This document shows, one piece after another, positions 8,259 through 17,042 of a stretch of 64,000 nucleotides of DNA. A program made the translations under genes and the position numbers. Each line of letters begins with the position of its first letter. The stretch's first letter is position 1. This stretch comes from Alphaproteobacteria bacterium. GTDB taxonomy: Bacteria > Pseudomonadota > Alphaproteobacteria > CALKHQ01. Where the stretch lies: positions 3,328,001 to 3,392,000 of the forward strand of contig CBDDFZ010000001.1 in NCBI GenBank assembly GCA_965227515.1, read 5' to 3'. The notes beneath the pieces were generated by a model. The model had not been told where the DNA came from. It made no database searches and saw only the letters and a program-made list of their open reading frames with translations.

Positions 8259-8938
8259 CAGCCCAAGCTGCCATCCGCCGGCTTGTCGCCGTACAACCGC
8301 GTCGCCAACCGCATGCCGATATCGGCCAGCCGCTTGGCTTCGTCACGGTCGCCGCGCCTGTTTGCATCTATGGACTGCCCCACAGCCTTCTGACGGGCGC
8401 GCTCCAGCCGGGCACGCTCCGTTGCACTCAATTCCTCGGGTTCCACTCCATCACTCCTTTCACCAACTTCGCCATGGTCGGCGGGGGTTGCGTAGATTCC
8501 AGGCCATGCCGTCTGGCGGCGGGCCGATAGCTCCCGCTTGGCCAGGGCCGACAACAGGCCGACATCCTTGTCCAGCCCCGCCTTCACGCCAGCGTTCACC
8601 AATGCCGGAGGAAGGCTGGACAGGGCGGACTGCACCAACCGGACGTTCAGGTCGTAGTCGCCGCCCCAGGCCCGCTTGAGGTTGCCCGCAAGGGTCGGGT
8701 CCGTCTTGGCGAACTCGGCAGGCGTCGGCACGTCATCGCCCAGCGTGCTGCCCAGGTAGCTCGTCAGGTTGCGCAGCGACTCCGGGCTCTGCCCCTCAAC
8801 GCCAGGCGCAAGCCCAGGTGTCGGGTCGTCGTGCTCGAACTCCGCGAAGTCCTCTACCGGGGCGGGCCTGTCCTCAAGGAACGCCTCGACATCGGCGTCG
8901 ATAAGCGCCTCTTGCGCTTCGGCGGGAATCTCACTCAT
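8258..8938 (-). CDS. Hypothetical protein (226 aa), scaffolding-protein-like
   Basis: Acidic disordered N-terminus, LKRAWGGDYDLNVRLVQSAL..GLDKD core, C-terminal helical hairpin; function inferred. Confidence 0.5.
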   Translation of the reverse strand: MSEIPAEAQEALIDADVEAFLEDRPAPVEDFAEFEHDDPTPGLAPGVEGQSPESLRNLTSYLGSTLGDDVPTPAEFAKTDPTLAGNLKRAWGGDYDLNVRLVQSALSSLPPALVNAGVKAGLDKDVGLLSALAKRELSARRQTAWPGIYATPADHGEVGERSDGVEPEELSATERARLERARQKAVGQSIDANRRGDRDEAKRLADIGMRLATRLYGDKPADGSLG

Positions 8939-9165
8939 CGACCGGCAAGCCGCTTGTTGCGCTCGGCAGGCGTCTCGGTCTTGCCAATGCCGTAGTCAGC
9001 TTCGGCGAAGTGCTGCCGCAGCGGCCCCCTGCCATGGCCGCCAATCAAGCCGTGCAGGCCACCGGCGGGAACGTCCATGCTGACGCGCCAGCATCCGCCC
9101 GGCAGGCCCTGCAACACCTTCATCTCGGATTGGTCGTCAATGACCGCGCACACCAGCTTCGCCAT
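8935..9165 (-). CDS. Hypothetical protein (76 aa)
   Basis: ATGA overlap with the downstream gene, within the operon. Confidence 0.6.
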   Translation of the reverse strand: MAKLVCAVIDDQSEMKVLQGLPGGCWRVSMDVPAGGLHGLIGGHGRGPLRQHFAEADYGIGKTETPAERNKRLAGR

Positions 9166-9167
9166 CG

Positions 9168-9356
9168 TCAGGCCGCCTGCGCCGTGATCGTCACGACACC
9201 TGCCGTGGTGCCGTTCGTGGCGAACTCTTGCGCAATTGTCCGCAGCACCGGGTCACGGTGGCTGGTCAGGTTGTTGTGAACGTCGTACCCCGCGTCCGCG
9301 CTGCCGATCTTTATCGACACCGCGTCAGCCTCGTATCTCACTGTCGTGCTGGCCAT
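9168..9356 (-). CDS. Hypothetical protein (62 aa), first gene of the packaging operon
   Basis: GGAGG RBS before ATG 9356. Confidence 0.6.
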   Translation of the reverse strand: MASTTVRYEADAVSIKIGSADAGYDVHNNLTSHRDPVLRTIAQEFATNGTTAGVVTITAQAA

Positions 9357-9554
9357 GTGGCCCTCCGTACCTATCACGTACCTATTTCTGAGTATGGACT
9401 AAAAACGCCACAAAAACAATGATGAACAACTGATAAAAGGTCAGTCACTCGTTTCCAGTGGCGATGCGAGATGCGCGGCAGGTTGGTTCAAGGCAGTCAT
9501 CGCGCGCGTGGCTCGAAGTGGCTTGCAGAGGCTCTCTCCACGCCATCAGAAACA

Positions 9555-9672
9555 AACCGGACAAGACGGACACAACCGGACATGTCCGCCAAATGTCCGG
9601 AAGCACTGCCAACCGGACAGACAGGACATGGACATAAGTAATGTCCTGTCCTGTCCGGGTGCTTTGTCCGGC
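9555..9672. repeat. GGACA/TGTCC iteron cluster, putative replication origin
   Basis: Six GGACA plus six TGTCC pentamers in about 115 bp, downstream of the helicase operon. Confidence 0.7.
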
Positions 9673-9674
9673 TC

Positions 9675-10001
9675 TCAGAAGTGGAAGTGAGGGTCGTCGT
9701 TGTCGTTTGCAATTTCGGTGCGATGGTCATCGGTGCACTGGCCGGCTGCCGGATTGTGGATGGGCTCGACTTCTTTGTAGTCCTCCAGCTTCCTGGCGTT
9801 GGCGTCCCAGTCTGCCTGGGTTTCCAGGTGCCAGTCTGAGAACATGTCCACGCCGCCGGACCAAGCGGTGCGGTGCTCATCGCAGACGAACACATGCACC
9901 CTTCCCACGTTGAGGTAGCCGTCCGACTTGCCGCAACGAGGGCAGCCGCCGAAATAGTGCTCGGCAGCGTTCGCCATGATCTGGTCGTGTGTCAGTGCCA
10001 T
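9675..10001 (-). CDS. Small putative zinc-binding protein (108 aa)
   Basis: CPRC..CDEH ligand set; follows the helicase gene. Confidence 0.65.
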   Translation of the reverse strand: MALTHDQIMANAAEHYFGGCPRCGKSDGYLNVGRVHVFVCDEHRTAWSGGVDMFSDWHLETQADWDANARKLEDYKEVEPIHNPAAGQCTDDHRTEIANDNDDPHFHF

Positions 10002-10012
10002 CGGTCTTCCCT

Positions 10013-11089
10013 TCATGAAGTCCATGCGTAGTTCCCCCAGACGCCAACCATCCCCTTCTCCTGGAGGCTGGTAAGCGAACGCTTGAAGGCCTTCTGGCGT
10101 GCGTCCTGTCCGTCGATGCCGGCACCTTCGTAGAAGTACGAGCGCCACAAGCTCAGCGTTACGACAGGCTGGTTCATCGGTATGTGGTTGCTGGCTGGCG
10201 CTATCTCGCCTTCATCGGCTAATGCCTTTTTCAACAGATCCAGCGCCACCTTCGCCTGTCCGCGCACCTGGCGGCCGACCGGCTCGGCCTGATAGTCGTC
10301 TTCCTCGACCACGCATGAGGTGAGGTCGTCGCCGTCGTCGTCCACGCCGACCGTGACGGATGCGAGCCTGGAAGCGATCACGTCGCCCTCGGGGCCGTCC
10401 TTCATGTCCTCGACAGTGGCGGTGATGGTTCCGCTGGCGGTGCGCTGCACGGCGATCTGTGCATCGGCTGCGGCGGTCAGGGACGTGTGTCCGCGCGGGC
10501 GGGTGCCATCGATACCGCAGTGATGGACCACAACGACGGCGCAATCGAACGCCTGGCGGATGGCGTCGGCTGCCGCGATGTATGCGCCCATGGCTTCGTC
10601 GTCACGCTCAGAACCGACCAATGAGCGGTTCAGGGTGTCCAGGACGACTGCGACAGGTGGCTGATCCTGCATCTGTGTGCGGATAGCTGGGATCAGGGCC
10701 TCATGCTCCCTGATCAGGTCAATGCGCACCGGAAGCAGGCGGAATGGTACCGGCTCCACCGACTCCGCCAGCTTGACCATACGGAAGGCCTCGGCTCGCA
10801 GATTGAAGCCGTCGGCGCCCTCGAAGGCGCAATAGACCACCGGGCCTTGCGTGACACGCCGACCGCGATATTCCCAGCCCAGCGCCACGTGCATCGCGGC
10901 ATCGAAGGCCCAGAACGACTTGCCGCACTTCGGCGGTCCCCAAACCACCGTCAGTCCGCGCCTCGGCATCAGGCCTTTGATCAAATATTGACGGCCGCCG
11001 CGGGGGCGTAGGGCATCGAACGGCAGCAATGCGAACCGGGGCGGTGTCGCCTTGTCGAAGTCGTCATTCAGATCCCTAAGCTGCTGCAT
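10013..11089 (-). CDS. SF4/AAA_25 (RepA-like) helicase
   Basis: Walker A GPPKCGKS, Walker B VVLDT, VVHH..PRGHTSL. Confidence 0.88.
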   Translation of the reverse strand: MQQLRDLNDDFDKATPPRFALLPFDALRPRGGRQYLIKGLMPRRGLTVVWGPPKCGKSFWAFDAAMHVALGWEYRGRRVTQGPVVYCAFEGADGFNLRAEAFRMVKLAESVEPVPFRLLPVRIDLIREHEALIPAIRTQMQDQPPVAVVLDTLNRSLVGSERDDEAMGAYIAAADAIRQAFDCAVVVVHHCGIDGTRPRGHTSLTAAADAQIAVQRTASGTITATVEDMKDGPEGDVIASRLASVTVGVDDDGDDLTSCVVEEDDYQAEPVGRQVRGQAKVALDLLKKALADEGEIAPASNHIPMNQPVVTLSLWRSYFYEGAGIDGQDARQKAFKRSLTSLQEKGMVGVWGNYAWTS

Positions 11090-11771
11090 CCAACTCTCCC
11101 GCCGGCCACAGTCGTGCGTCGATGCCGGCAGTCGTCAGCTTCAGCAGCGCCTCGGTGTCGTCGGTCAAGGCGCGGTCGACACCCCACAGCTCGTGCGGAT
11201 CGTCGTTCAGCCACACGACGCCAGGGCCATGCACCTGCCTGTGCCATGCCGCGACTGTGCCGTAGACGACCAGCGGCTCGTCGCAGATCAGGGCGCGGTC
11301 GATGGGATCAGGCCCGATGCCGCAGCCCAGGATGCCGGGGAAGCGTAGCCGCAGGTAGGTCTGGCGACTGTTCGGCCTCCACGCTACCGAATTGAGCACC
11401 TCCCCGTGAGGCGAGCGCATCGGGCTGATACACCACAGTTCGGATGGCCGGGTCAGCCGGTCGGACAGAAGGTGGTCGGGGAACGGCGCGTATCGCCCGG
11501 CCCCAACCAGGATGCGGTCAACGCCGATCAGGTCGGTTGCCTTCTGCATCTCCAGCGTGATGGCGTGGGCGCGCAACCGGTCGTTCAGGCCGTAACGCTC
11601 GGCCAGGCGCTGAGCGATGGCCAACTCGTGGTGGAAGTCCACGTCCGGTTGAACATCTGCGGCGAAGGCGGTATGATCAGCGTCGGAATTGAAGCCAGCC
11701 AGCTCAATCCATTCTTCCGCCGCCCCGGTTCCGCCAACCGTGGGCGGCGGTTTCGTATCAAGCTGCGTCAC
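11076..11771 (-). CDS. Hypothetical protein (231 aa) in the primase position
   Basis: Overlaps the helicase start; first gene of the leftward operon. Confidence 0.6.
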   Translation of the reverse strand: MTQLDTKPPPTVGGTGAAEEWIELAGFNSDADHTAFAADVQPDVDFHHELAIAQRLAERYGLNDRLRAHAITLEMQKATDLIGVDRILVGAGRYAPFPDHLLSDRLTRPSELWCISPMRSPHGEVLNSVAWRPNSRQTYLRLRFPGILGCGIGPDPIDRALICDEPLVVYGTVAAWHRQVHGPGVVWLNDDPHELWGVDRALTDDTEALLKLTTAGIDARLWPAGELDAAA

Positions 11772-11783
11772 CCGAAATTCCCT

Positions 11784-11837
11784 GTTGACGTGGCTTCATA
11801 ATGACACCATCATAAGTGGCTTCATTATGAAGTCAAC
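11784..11837. promoter_or_regulatory. Overlapping divergent promoters with a tandem operator
   Basis: GTTGAC..GTCAAC termini enclosing GTGGCTTCAT(A/T)ATGA twice (11790-11804, 11816-11830). Confidence 0.7.
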
Positions 11838-11851
11838 CGGGGAGTTCGTGC

Positions 11852-12346
11852 ATGCCGCCGAAAGACCGGAAAGCCGGTGACCGTGCGACGATCACGTTGC
11901 GCCTGCCGGAGAACATTCGGGCGGAGTTGGAGATAGAAGCCGAACGCTCAGGCGTCTCGATGAACGCGCTGATTACACAGCAGCTTGAGCGCGCGGCACG
12001 AGCCAACAAGGCGCTATCTGCAATGGAACGTGTCACTGGTATGCTCGCAAGGCATCAAGACACAATGCTGAAGGTATTTGATAGCCACGCCGCGCAAATA
12101 AAGCAGCTCAATATTGTTGAGCAAAAGCTATTTAATGTCATAGATATTTGCACTGAAACAATCCACGACTACGAACAAGACATGAGTAGGCGCAATATTA
12201 GCTTCACTCCCGTTGCCGATAGAATTCGCGGTCAGCTGGATATGCTTAAGATATTGGCAGAGACTGTGCACGCGCATTATCTGGAAGAAGAGCGCGCGGC
12301 AAGAAACGAAATGCAGGTCAAGGAAGGTGAGGCGGCCGATGACTGA
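11852..12346 (+). CDS. Arc-family (RHH) repressor with coiled-coil C-terminus
   Basis: ITLRLPENIRAELEIEAERSGVSMNALITQQLE. Confidence 0.82.
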   Translation: MPPKDRKAGDRATITLRLPENIRAELEIEAERSGVSMNALITQQLERAARANKALSAMERVTGMLARHQDTMLKVFDSHAAQIKQLNIVEQKLFNVIDICTETIHDYEQDMSRRNISFTPVADRIRGQLDMLKILAETVHAHYLEEERAARNEMQVKEGEAADD

Positions 12347-12533
12347 TACCGTCATGGATCGCATCGTCCGGGAGCCTGAGGCTCGCCAGATTTCCGGGCT
12401 GTCCCGGTCTCAGCGTTATCGCCTGGAGCGCGAGGGGAAGTTCCCCAAGAAGCGTGCGATCACCGGCAGCCTGTACGGTTACAGGCTCTCCGAGTTGATG
12501 GCATGGGTCGAGGGGCTACCGGAGCGGAACTAG
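12339..12533 (+). CDS. AlpA-family excisionase/regulator
   Basis: RIVREPEARQISGLSRSQRYRLEREGKFPK..YRLSELMAW. Confidence 0.87.
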   Translation: MTDTVMDRIVREPEARQISGLSRSQRYRLEREGKFPKKRAITGSLYGYRLSELMAWVEGLPERN

Positions 12534-13735
12534 CCCCGCTCCATCACCACGACGTTGCCACCGATGCCGAGCAGCTGACGAAGTTTCAAGCCCCACGATT
12601 CCAGCGCCGCCGTCTTTTCGGCCAGGTAGTCGTGCCGATCATAGACCCGCCCGACGCCGACCTCCGTGTGGTTCAGCACACGGTCAACGATGAAGCGCGT
12701 GTGGCCCAGCTTCGTCATGCCGGTGGATGCGGTGCGCCGCAGGTCGTGCGCCCGGAAGTTTGCCACGCCTGACAGGTTCTTGATGGCCTCCGACGCTTTC
12801 GAGGACGCCCGCACGTGCGTGTTCCGGCGGGTTGGCGATGGAAAGACCAGCGCGTCGTCGAGCCCCTGCTGGTCCCGCACGATATCCATGGCGAGATCGC
12901 TCAGCGGCACGATGTGCGTTTTCTTGTTCTTCGTGCGGTCGCCGGGGATGGTCCATTGGTGGGCCTCAAGGTCGACTTCATCCCACCGCATGCCGCAGAC
13001 CTCGTTCGGGCGCTGTGCGGTGACCAGGATCGCTTTCAAGGCTGCGCCGTGGATGCCGCGCACATCGAATGCCTGCCACAGCGCATGGATCTCAGCGTCA
13101 GTGTAGACACGCTCGCGCTCAACCTCGGCGCCTGGCGCCGGCAGCTTGTGCGCCGGGTTGTTCTCGATACCACCAGTGTCGGTCGCCAGCGCCCAGTTGT
13201 ACATCTTGCGCACGACGGCGAGGCACCGGTTAGCCTGATAGGGACCATTCCGCGAGGCGATGGCGTGCAAGCGCTCGTTCACCTCGCGCCGTGCGATATC
13301 TTCCGCCGGGCGCTTCTGCCAGTCGGCGAAATAGGTGTCGAGGATGCGTTTGTCCTCTGCCCAGCTCCGCTTTTTCACCATGGCCCAGCGTTCGATATAC
13401 AGGTCCGCCAGTCCCTTGAACGTCAGGCGGGCGGCCTCGACTTCGGCCCGTGCCTTCGCGGCACGTTTTTCCACGACGGAATCAACGCCCTTCTGCGCCA
13501 AGCCTCTTTTCTCGACGGCCATCTGGCGAGCATCTTTAAGACCAATCTCCGGGAATGTGCCGAAGGTCTCGCGGCGCTGTTTGCCGTTCACTGCATATCG
13601 GCAGAACCATGCGACCCGACCGCCGGGACTGACACGGACACCAAGACCGCGCGTCTCGGTATCGAACCAGTCGACCTGCCCTTCGCCCGGCTTCAGACTT
13701 TCCAGCCAACGGGCCGTAAACTTATGCTGCGCCAT
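12530..13735 (-). CDS. Tyrosine integrase (P4-like, with arm-binding domain)
   Basis: Arm-binding domain DTETRGLGVRV; catalytic TAQR, TKN, HDLRRT, LNH, VY. Confidence 0.96.
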   Translation of the reverse strand: MAQHKFTARWLESLKPGEGQVDWFDTETRGLGVRVSPGGRVAWFCRYAVNGKQRRETFGTFPEIGLKDARQMAVEKRGLAQKGVDSVVEKRAAKARAEVEAARLTFKGLADLYIERWAMVKKRSWAEDKRILDTYFADWQKRPAEDIARREVNERLHAIASRNGPYQANRCLAVVRKMYNWALATDTGGIENNPAHKLPAPGAEVERERVYTDAEIHALWQAFDVRGIHGAALKAILVTAQRPNEVCGMRWDEVDLEAHQWTIPGDRTKNKKTHIVPLSDLAMDIVRDQQGLDDALVFPSPTRRNTHVRASSKASEAIKNLSGVANFRAHDLRRTASTGMTKLGHTRFIVDRVLNHTEVGVGRVYDRHDYLAEKTAALESWGLKLRQLLGIGGNVVVMERG

Positions 13736-13899
13736 GTCTGCCTCCGCGATAGGTACCTCATAGGTACAGACAGGACATGGCACGCACCGGCACGCATTGC
13801 AACAGCACGAAACACAACGAACCGATAACATATTGACATATAATGAGAAAAAACTCCACACGCGAGACAATCAGAAACACACCGAAACATGACCTCAAA

Positions 13900-13948
13900 T
13901 GACTTTTAATCAGGTTGTCGCAGGTTCGAACCCTGCCGGGCTCACCAA
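13900..13948 (+). repeat. att core, right copy (truncated tRNA-Lys)
   Basis: Exact 49-bp copy of 1226-1274; 5' half of the tRNA is absent. Confidence 0.96.
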
Positions 13949-13953
13949 TCTTC

Positions 13954-14775
13954 TCAACGAATCCGGGTAGCCAGATCACGCGCGCTGCGCGTGTCGAGAA
14001 TCTCCCCGCGTCGCCAGCGCGGATGGCTCGCTGCGATCCGATCCTCAAACGAGCCTGCCGGCTCGGGCAGCGGCAGCAGCCTGAAATCCACGCTGACACG
14101 CGTGGCGTCCTCGTTGTTTTCCGCGCCGCCGTGGATCGTGCGCGCGTCGAACAGCACGAGATCGCCGGCCGCCATCCCCAGCGGCGTGCAATGTCTCGCA
14201 ATATCGTCGGCAAAGGCCTTGTCGCGCCTCTGCCGCTCATAGAACGCAGCCAGTTGGCCGTCCATTCCGTTCGTTTGCCCGGCGGCAAACGCGTCCAACT
14301 GCGCGATGCTCCAGTCAAGCGGAGCCAGATGCAGAGCTGCGCCACCGGCCGCGTCGGTCAGCGCGAGCCAGCCGTTGATCATGCCGGGCGGGTGGCCGCC
14401 CAGCAGGTCGCTGTGAAACTGCGCGCCGCGCCCATTGGCCATGCGCAGCGCCGGGGGAAAGCGCTCCGGGGCATGGATGCGCACGATGGGACTGGCCTGG
14501 AACAGGACATCGAAGCCCTGGAGATGGTCGCCGAGCGCGGCAATCAGATCGTGATAGAGCCGGAGAAAACGCGCATCCAGCGCATAGAGCGCGCGTGTCA
14601 GGTCGTTCATGTAGTTGTCGTCGAGCGCCAGACGCTCCGGCGGGACATGCCGATGCAGATCGACCAGCCCCAGGCCGCGCTCCACAAAACCACGCGACAC
14701 CAGCATGTCCGTGACGGCATCCGCGAACAACCGGTGATCAACAGGTCGCAGGATGGCTGGCGTTGTGAGGTCCAT
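13954..14775 (-). CDS. 2OG-Fe(II) oxygenase, PhyH-like
   Basis: FHSD..GH..INGWLALT, HGG..N..TRVSVDFR. Confidence 0.75.
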   Translation of the reverse strand: MDLTTPAILRPVDHRLFADAVTDMLVSRGFVERGLGLVDLHRHVPPERLALDDNYMNDLTRALYALDARFLRLYHDLIAALGDHLQGFDVLFQASPIVRIHAPERFPPALRMANGRGAQFHSDLLGGHPPGMINGWLALTDAAGGAALHLAPLDWSIAQLDAFAAGQTNGMDGQLAAFYERQRRDKAFADDIARHCTPLGMAAGDLVLFDARTIHGGAENNEDATRVSVDFRLLPLPEPAGSFEDRIAASHPRWRRGEILDTRSARDLATRIR

Positions 14776-14928
14776 GTGCCCATCCGCCCAATTCCAGGCG
14801 TCTCGTATCGGCGGTCTTGCGACTGCTGCTTTCCTGCAACAGCATCGCTATTGTGCAATGCAACATATTGCCCGTCCGCGCGCGCCTCACGATATAGACG
14901 TCCGAGGCAGCAACGGAGCACGAGAACG

Positions 14929-16230
14929 ATGCCCGAAGAACCAGGGGCCGAAAAGGCCTCAAACCCGACTGACACAGCGATCCGCAAGGTTGTGGTCGTC
15001 GGCGCCGGCTTCGGCGGGCTGGCGGTCACCAAGGCGCTGGCCAAGGCACCGGTCGAGATCACCCTGCTCGACCGCCAGAACTATCACCTGTTCCAGCCCC
15101 TGCTCTACCAGGTCGCGACCGCAGCCCTGACGCCGGCGGAGATCGCCGCCCCGATTCGCGGTGTGCTGCGGCGGCAGAAGAACGTGACCGTGTTCATGGA
15201 TGAGGTTTGCGCCGTCGACACCGCCGCGCGATCCGTCGCCACCAAGGCCGGTCGCCACATCCCCTATGACGCGCTGGTGCTCGCCACCGGTGCCCGGCAC
15301 AGCTATTTCGGCCGTGACGACGACTGGGCCGGCCACGCGCCCGGGCTGAAGACCCTCGACGACGCGCTCGGCCTGCGCCAGCGCATCCTGCTCGCCTTCG
15401 AACGGGCCGAGATGGCGGCCGCGGACGACCATGCCGGCCGCGCGGCACTACAGACCTTCGTCATCATCGGCGGCGGCCCGACGGGCGTGGAGACCGCGGG
15501 CGCGATTGCCGAACTCGCGCGCTCCATCGTCTACGACTTCCGCCGCATCGACACCGCCAACACCCGGATCATCCTGCTGGAGGGCGGGCCGCGCATCCTG
15601 TCCAGCTTCGCGCCGAACCTGTCGGAGCGCGCCACTCGCGACCTGCGGGACCTGGGCGTCGAGGTGCGGACCGACGCCATGGTCACCGATATCGATGGCA
15701 AGGGCGTGCATATCGGCGACGAGACGATCCCGTCGCGGACCGTGGTGTGGGCGGCGGGCGTGCAGGCGTCGCCGGCGGCGGAATGGCTGGGCATGGCAAC
15801 CGACCGCGCCGGTCACCTGCCCGTCGGCCCGACCCTGGAGGTCGAAGGCCTGGCGAACGTCTATGCCATCGGCGATACCGCGCGCTTCGTGCCGGAGGGT
15901 GCCGAGCAGCCCCTGCCCGGCATCGCGCCGGCCGCAAAGCAGATGGGCATCTATGTCGGCCGCCGGCTTGCGCGGTTGGCTGCCGGCCAGAACGCCGACA
16001 GGCCGTTCAAGTACTCCGATCCAGGCGCGCTCGCCACCATCGGGCGCAACCGCGCCATTGCCAACATCTACGGCATGCGGTTCACGGGGTTCATCGGGTG
16101 GCTGTTGTGGGGCCTGGCCCACGTGTATTTCCTGATCGGGTTCCGCAGCCGGCTGTTCGTCATGCTGAGCTGGATCTGGTCCTACATCACATGGCAGCGC
16201 GGCGTGCGCCTGATCACCCACGATCGCTGA
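14929..16230 (+). CDS. ndh: Type II NADH dehydrogenase
   Basis: VVVGAGFGG, NYHLFQPLLYQVATA, GGGPTGVE, YAIGD; ATG 14929. Confidence 0.9.
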   Translation: MPEEPGAEKASNPTDTAIRKVVVVGAGFGGLAVTKALAKAPVEITLLDRQNYHLFQPLLYQVATAALTPAEIAAPIRGVLRRQKNVTVFMDEVCAVDTAARSVATKAGRHIPYDALVLATGARHSYFGRDDDWAGHAPGLKTLDDALGLRQRILLAFERAEMAAADDHAGRAALQTFVIIGGGPTGVETAGAIAELARSIVYDFRRIDTANTRIILLEGGPRILSSFAPNLSERATRDLRDLGVEVRTDAMVTDIDGKGVHIGDETIPSRTVVWAAGVQASPAAEWLGMATDRAGHLPVGPTLEVEGLANVYAIGDTARFVPEGAEQPLPGIAPAAKQMGIYVGRRLARLAAGQNADRPFKYSDPGALATIGRNRAIANIYGMRFTGFIGWLLWGLAHVYFLIGFRSRLFVMLSWIWSYITWQRGVRLITHDR

Positions 16231-16259
16231 TCGCGCCGCCGAGCATCGAGGAGAGTTCA

Positions 16260-17042
16260 ATGCCTGCAACCAGAACCGCCGTCGTGACCGGCTCGTCGAG
16301 CGGGATCGGCAACGCCATCGCGCGCGCCTTTGCCGCCGAGGGCATGAACGTGATGCTGAACGGCATCGAGCCGGCGGAGGAGATGGCGGCCGCGGTGGAC
16401 GAACTGGCGGCGGCCCATGGCGTGAAGGTTGGCTACCGCCCTGCCAATCTGATGAAGCCCGAGGGCGTGCGCGAGCTGATCTCAGCGGCGGAACAGGAAC
16501 TGGGCCCGGTGGACGTGCTGGTGAACAACGCCGGCATCCAGTTCGTGTCGCCGATCGAGGACTTCCCTGACGAGAAATGGGCCGCGATCATCGCGCTCAA
16601 CCTGTCGGCGGCGTTCCACACCACCAAGGCGGTCGCGGCGGGCATGAAGGAGCGCGGCTGGGGGCGCATCATCAACATCGCGTCCGCCCACGGCCTGGTC
16701 GCCTCCCCGTTCAAGTCGGCCTATGTGGCGGCCAAGCACGGCATACTGGGCCTGACCAAGACCGTGGCCCTGGAGGTGGCCGAGCACGGGGTCACCGTGA
16801 ACGCCATCTGCCCCGGCTATGTCTGGACGCCGCTGGTCGAGAAGCAGATCCCGGACACCGCCAAGGCGCGCGGCATGACCGAGGAAGAGGTGAAACGCGA
16901 CGTGCTGCTGGCCGCGCAGCCGACCAAGCAGTTCGCCACGGTCCAGGAGATTGCCGACGTCGCGCTGTTCCTGTGCTCCGACGGCGCCAAGTCGATCACC
17001 GGTGCCGCACTGCCGGTGGATGGCGGCTGGACGGCGCACTAG
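16260..17042 (+). CDS. bdhA: 3-hydroxybutyrate dehydrogenase (SDR)
   Basis: TGSSSGIG, NNAGIQFVSPIEDFP, ASAHGLVASPFKSAYVAAKHG, DGGWTA. Confidence 0.92.
   Translation: MPATRTAVVTGSSSGIGNAIARAFAAEGMNVMLNGIEPAEEMAAAVDELAAAHGVKVGYRPANLMKPEGVRELISAAEQELGPVDVLVNNAGIQFVSPIEDFPDEKWAAIIALNLSAAFHTTKAVAAGMKERGWGRIINIASAHGLVASPFKSAYVAAKHGILGLTKTVALEVAEHGVTVNAICPGYVWTPLVEKQIPDTAKARGMTEEEVKRDVLLAAQPTKQFATVQEIADVALFLCSDGAKSITGAALPVDGGWTAH

Larger units (their letters stand above)
1226..13948. mobile_element. tRNA-Lys-integrated 12.67-kb element, phage-satellite-like
   Basis: 49-bp direct repeats; integrase, AlpA, Arc-like repressor, helicase, TerS and split TerL; no recognisable major capsid, portal or tail genes. 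Confidence 0.9.

Noticed and set aside
13900-13948. Second tRNA-Lys gene
   Set aside because: Only the 3' 49 nt are present; the acceptor 5' strand and D-arm are missing. It is the att duplicate.
1226-13948. Complete prophage or gene transfer agent
   Set aside because: Too small, and no recognisable capsid, portal, tail or lysis genes.
13915-14928. N-terminal extension making a 771-aa Ndh
   Set aside because: It is antisense to the 2OG oxygenase; Ndh homology starts after ATG 14929.
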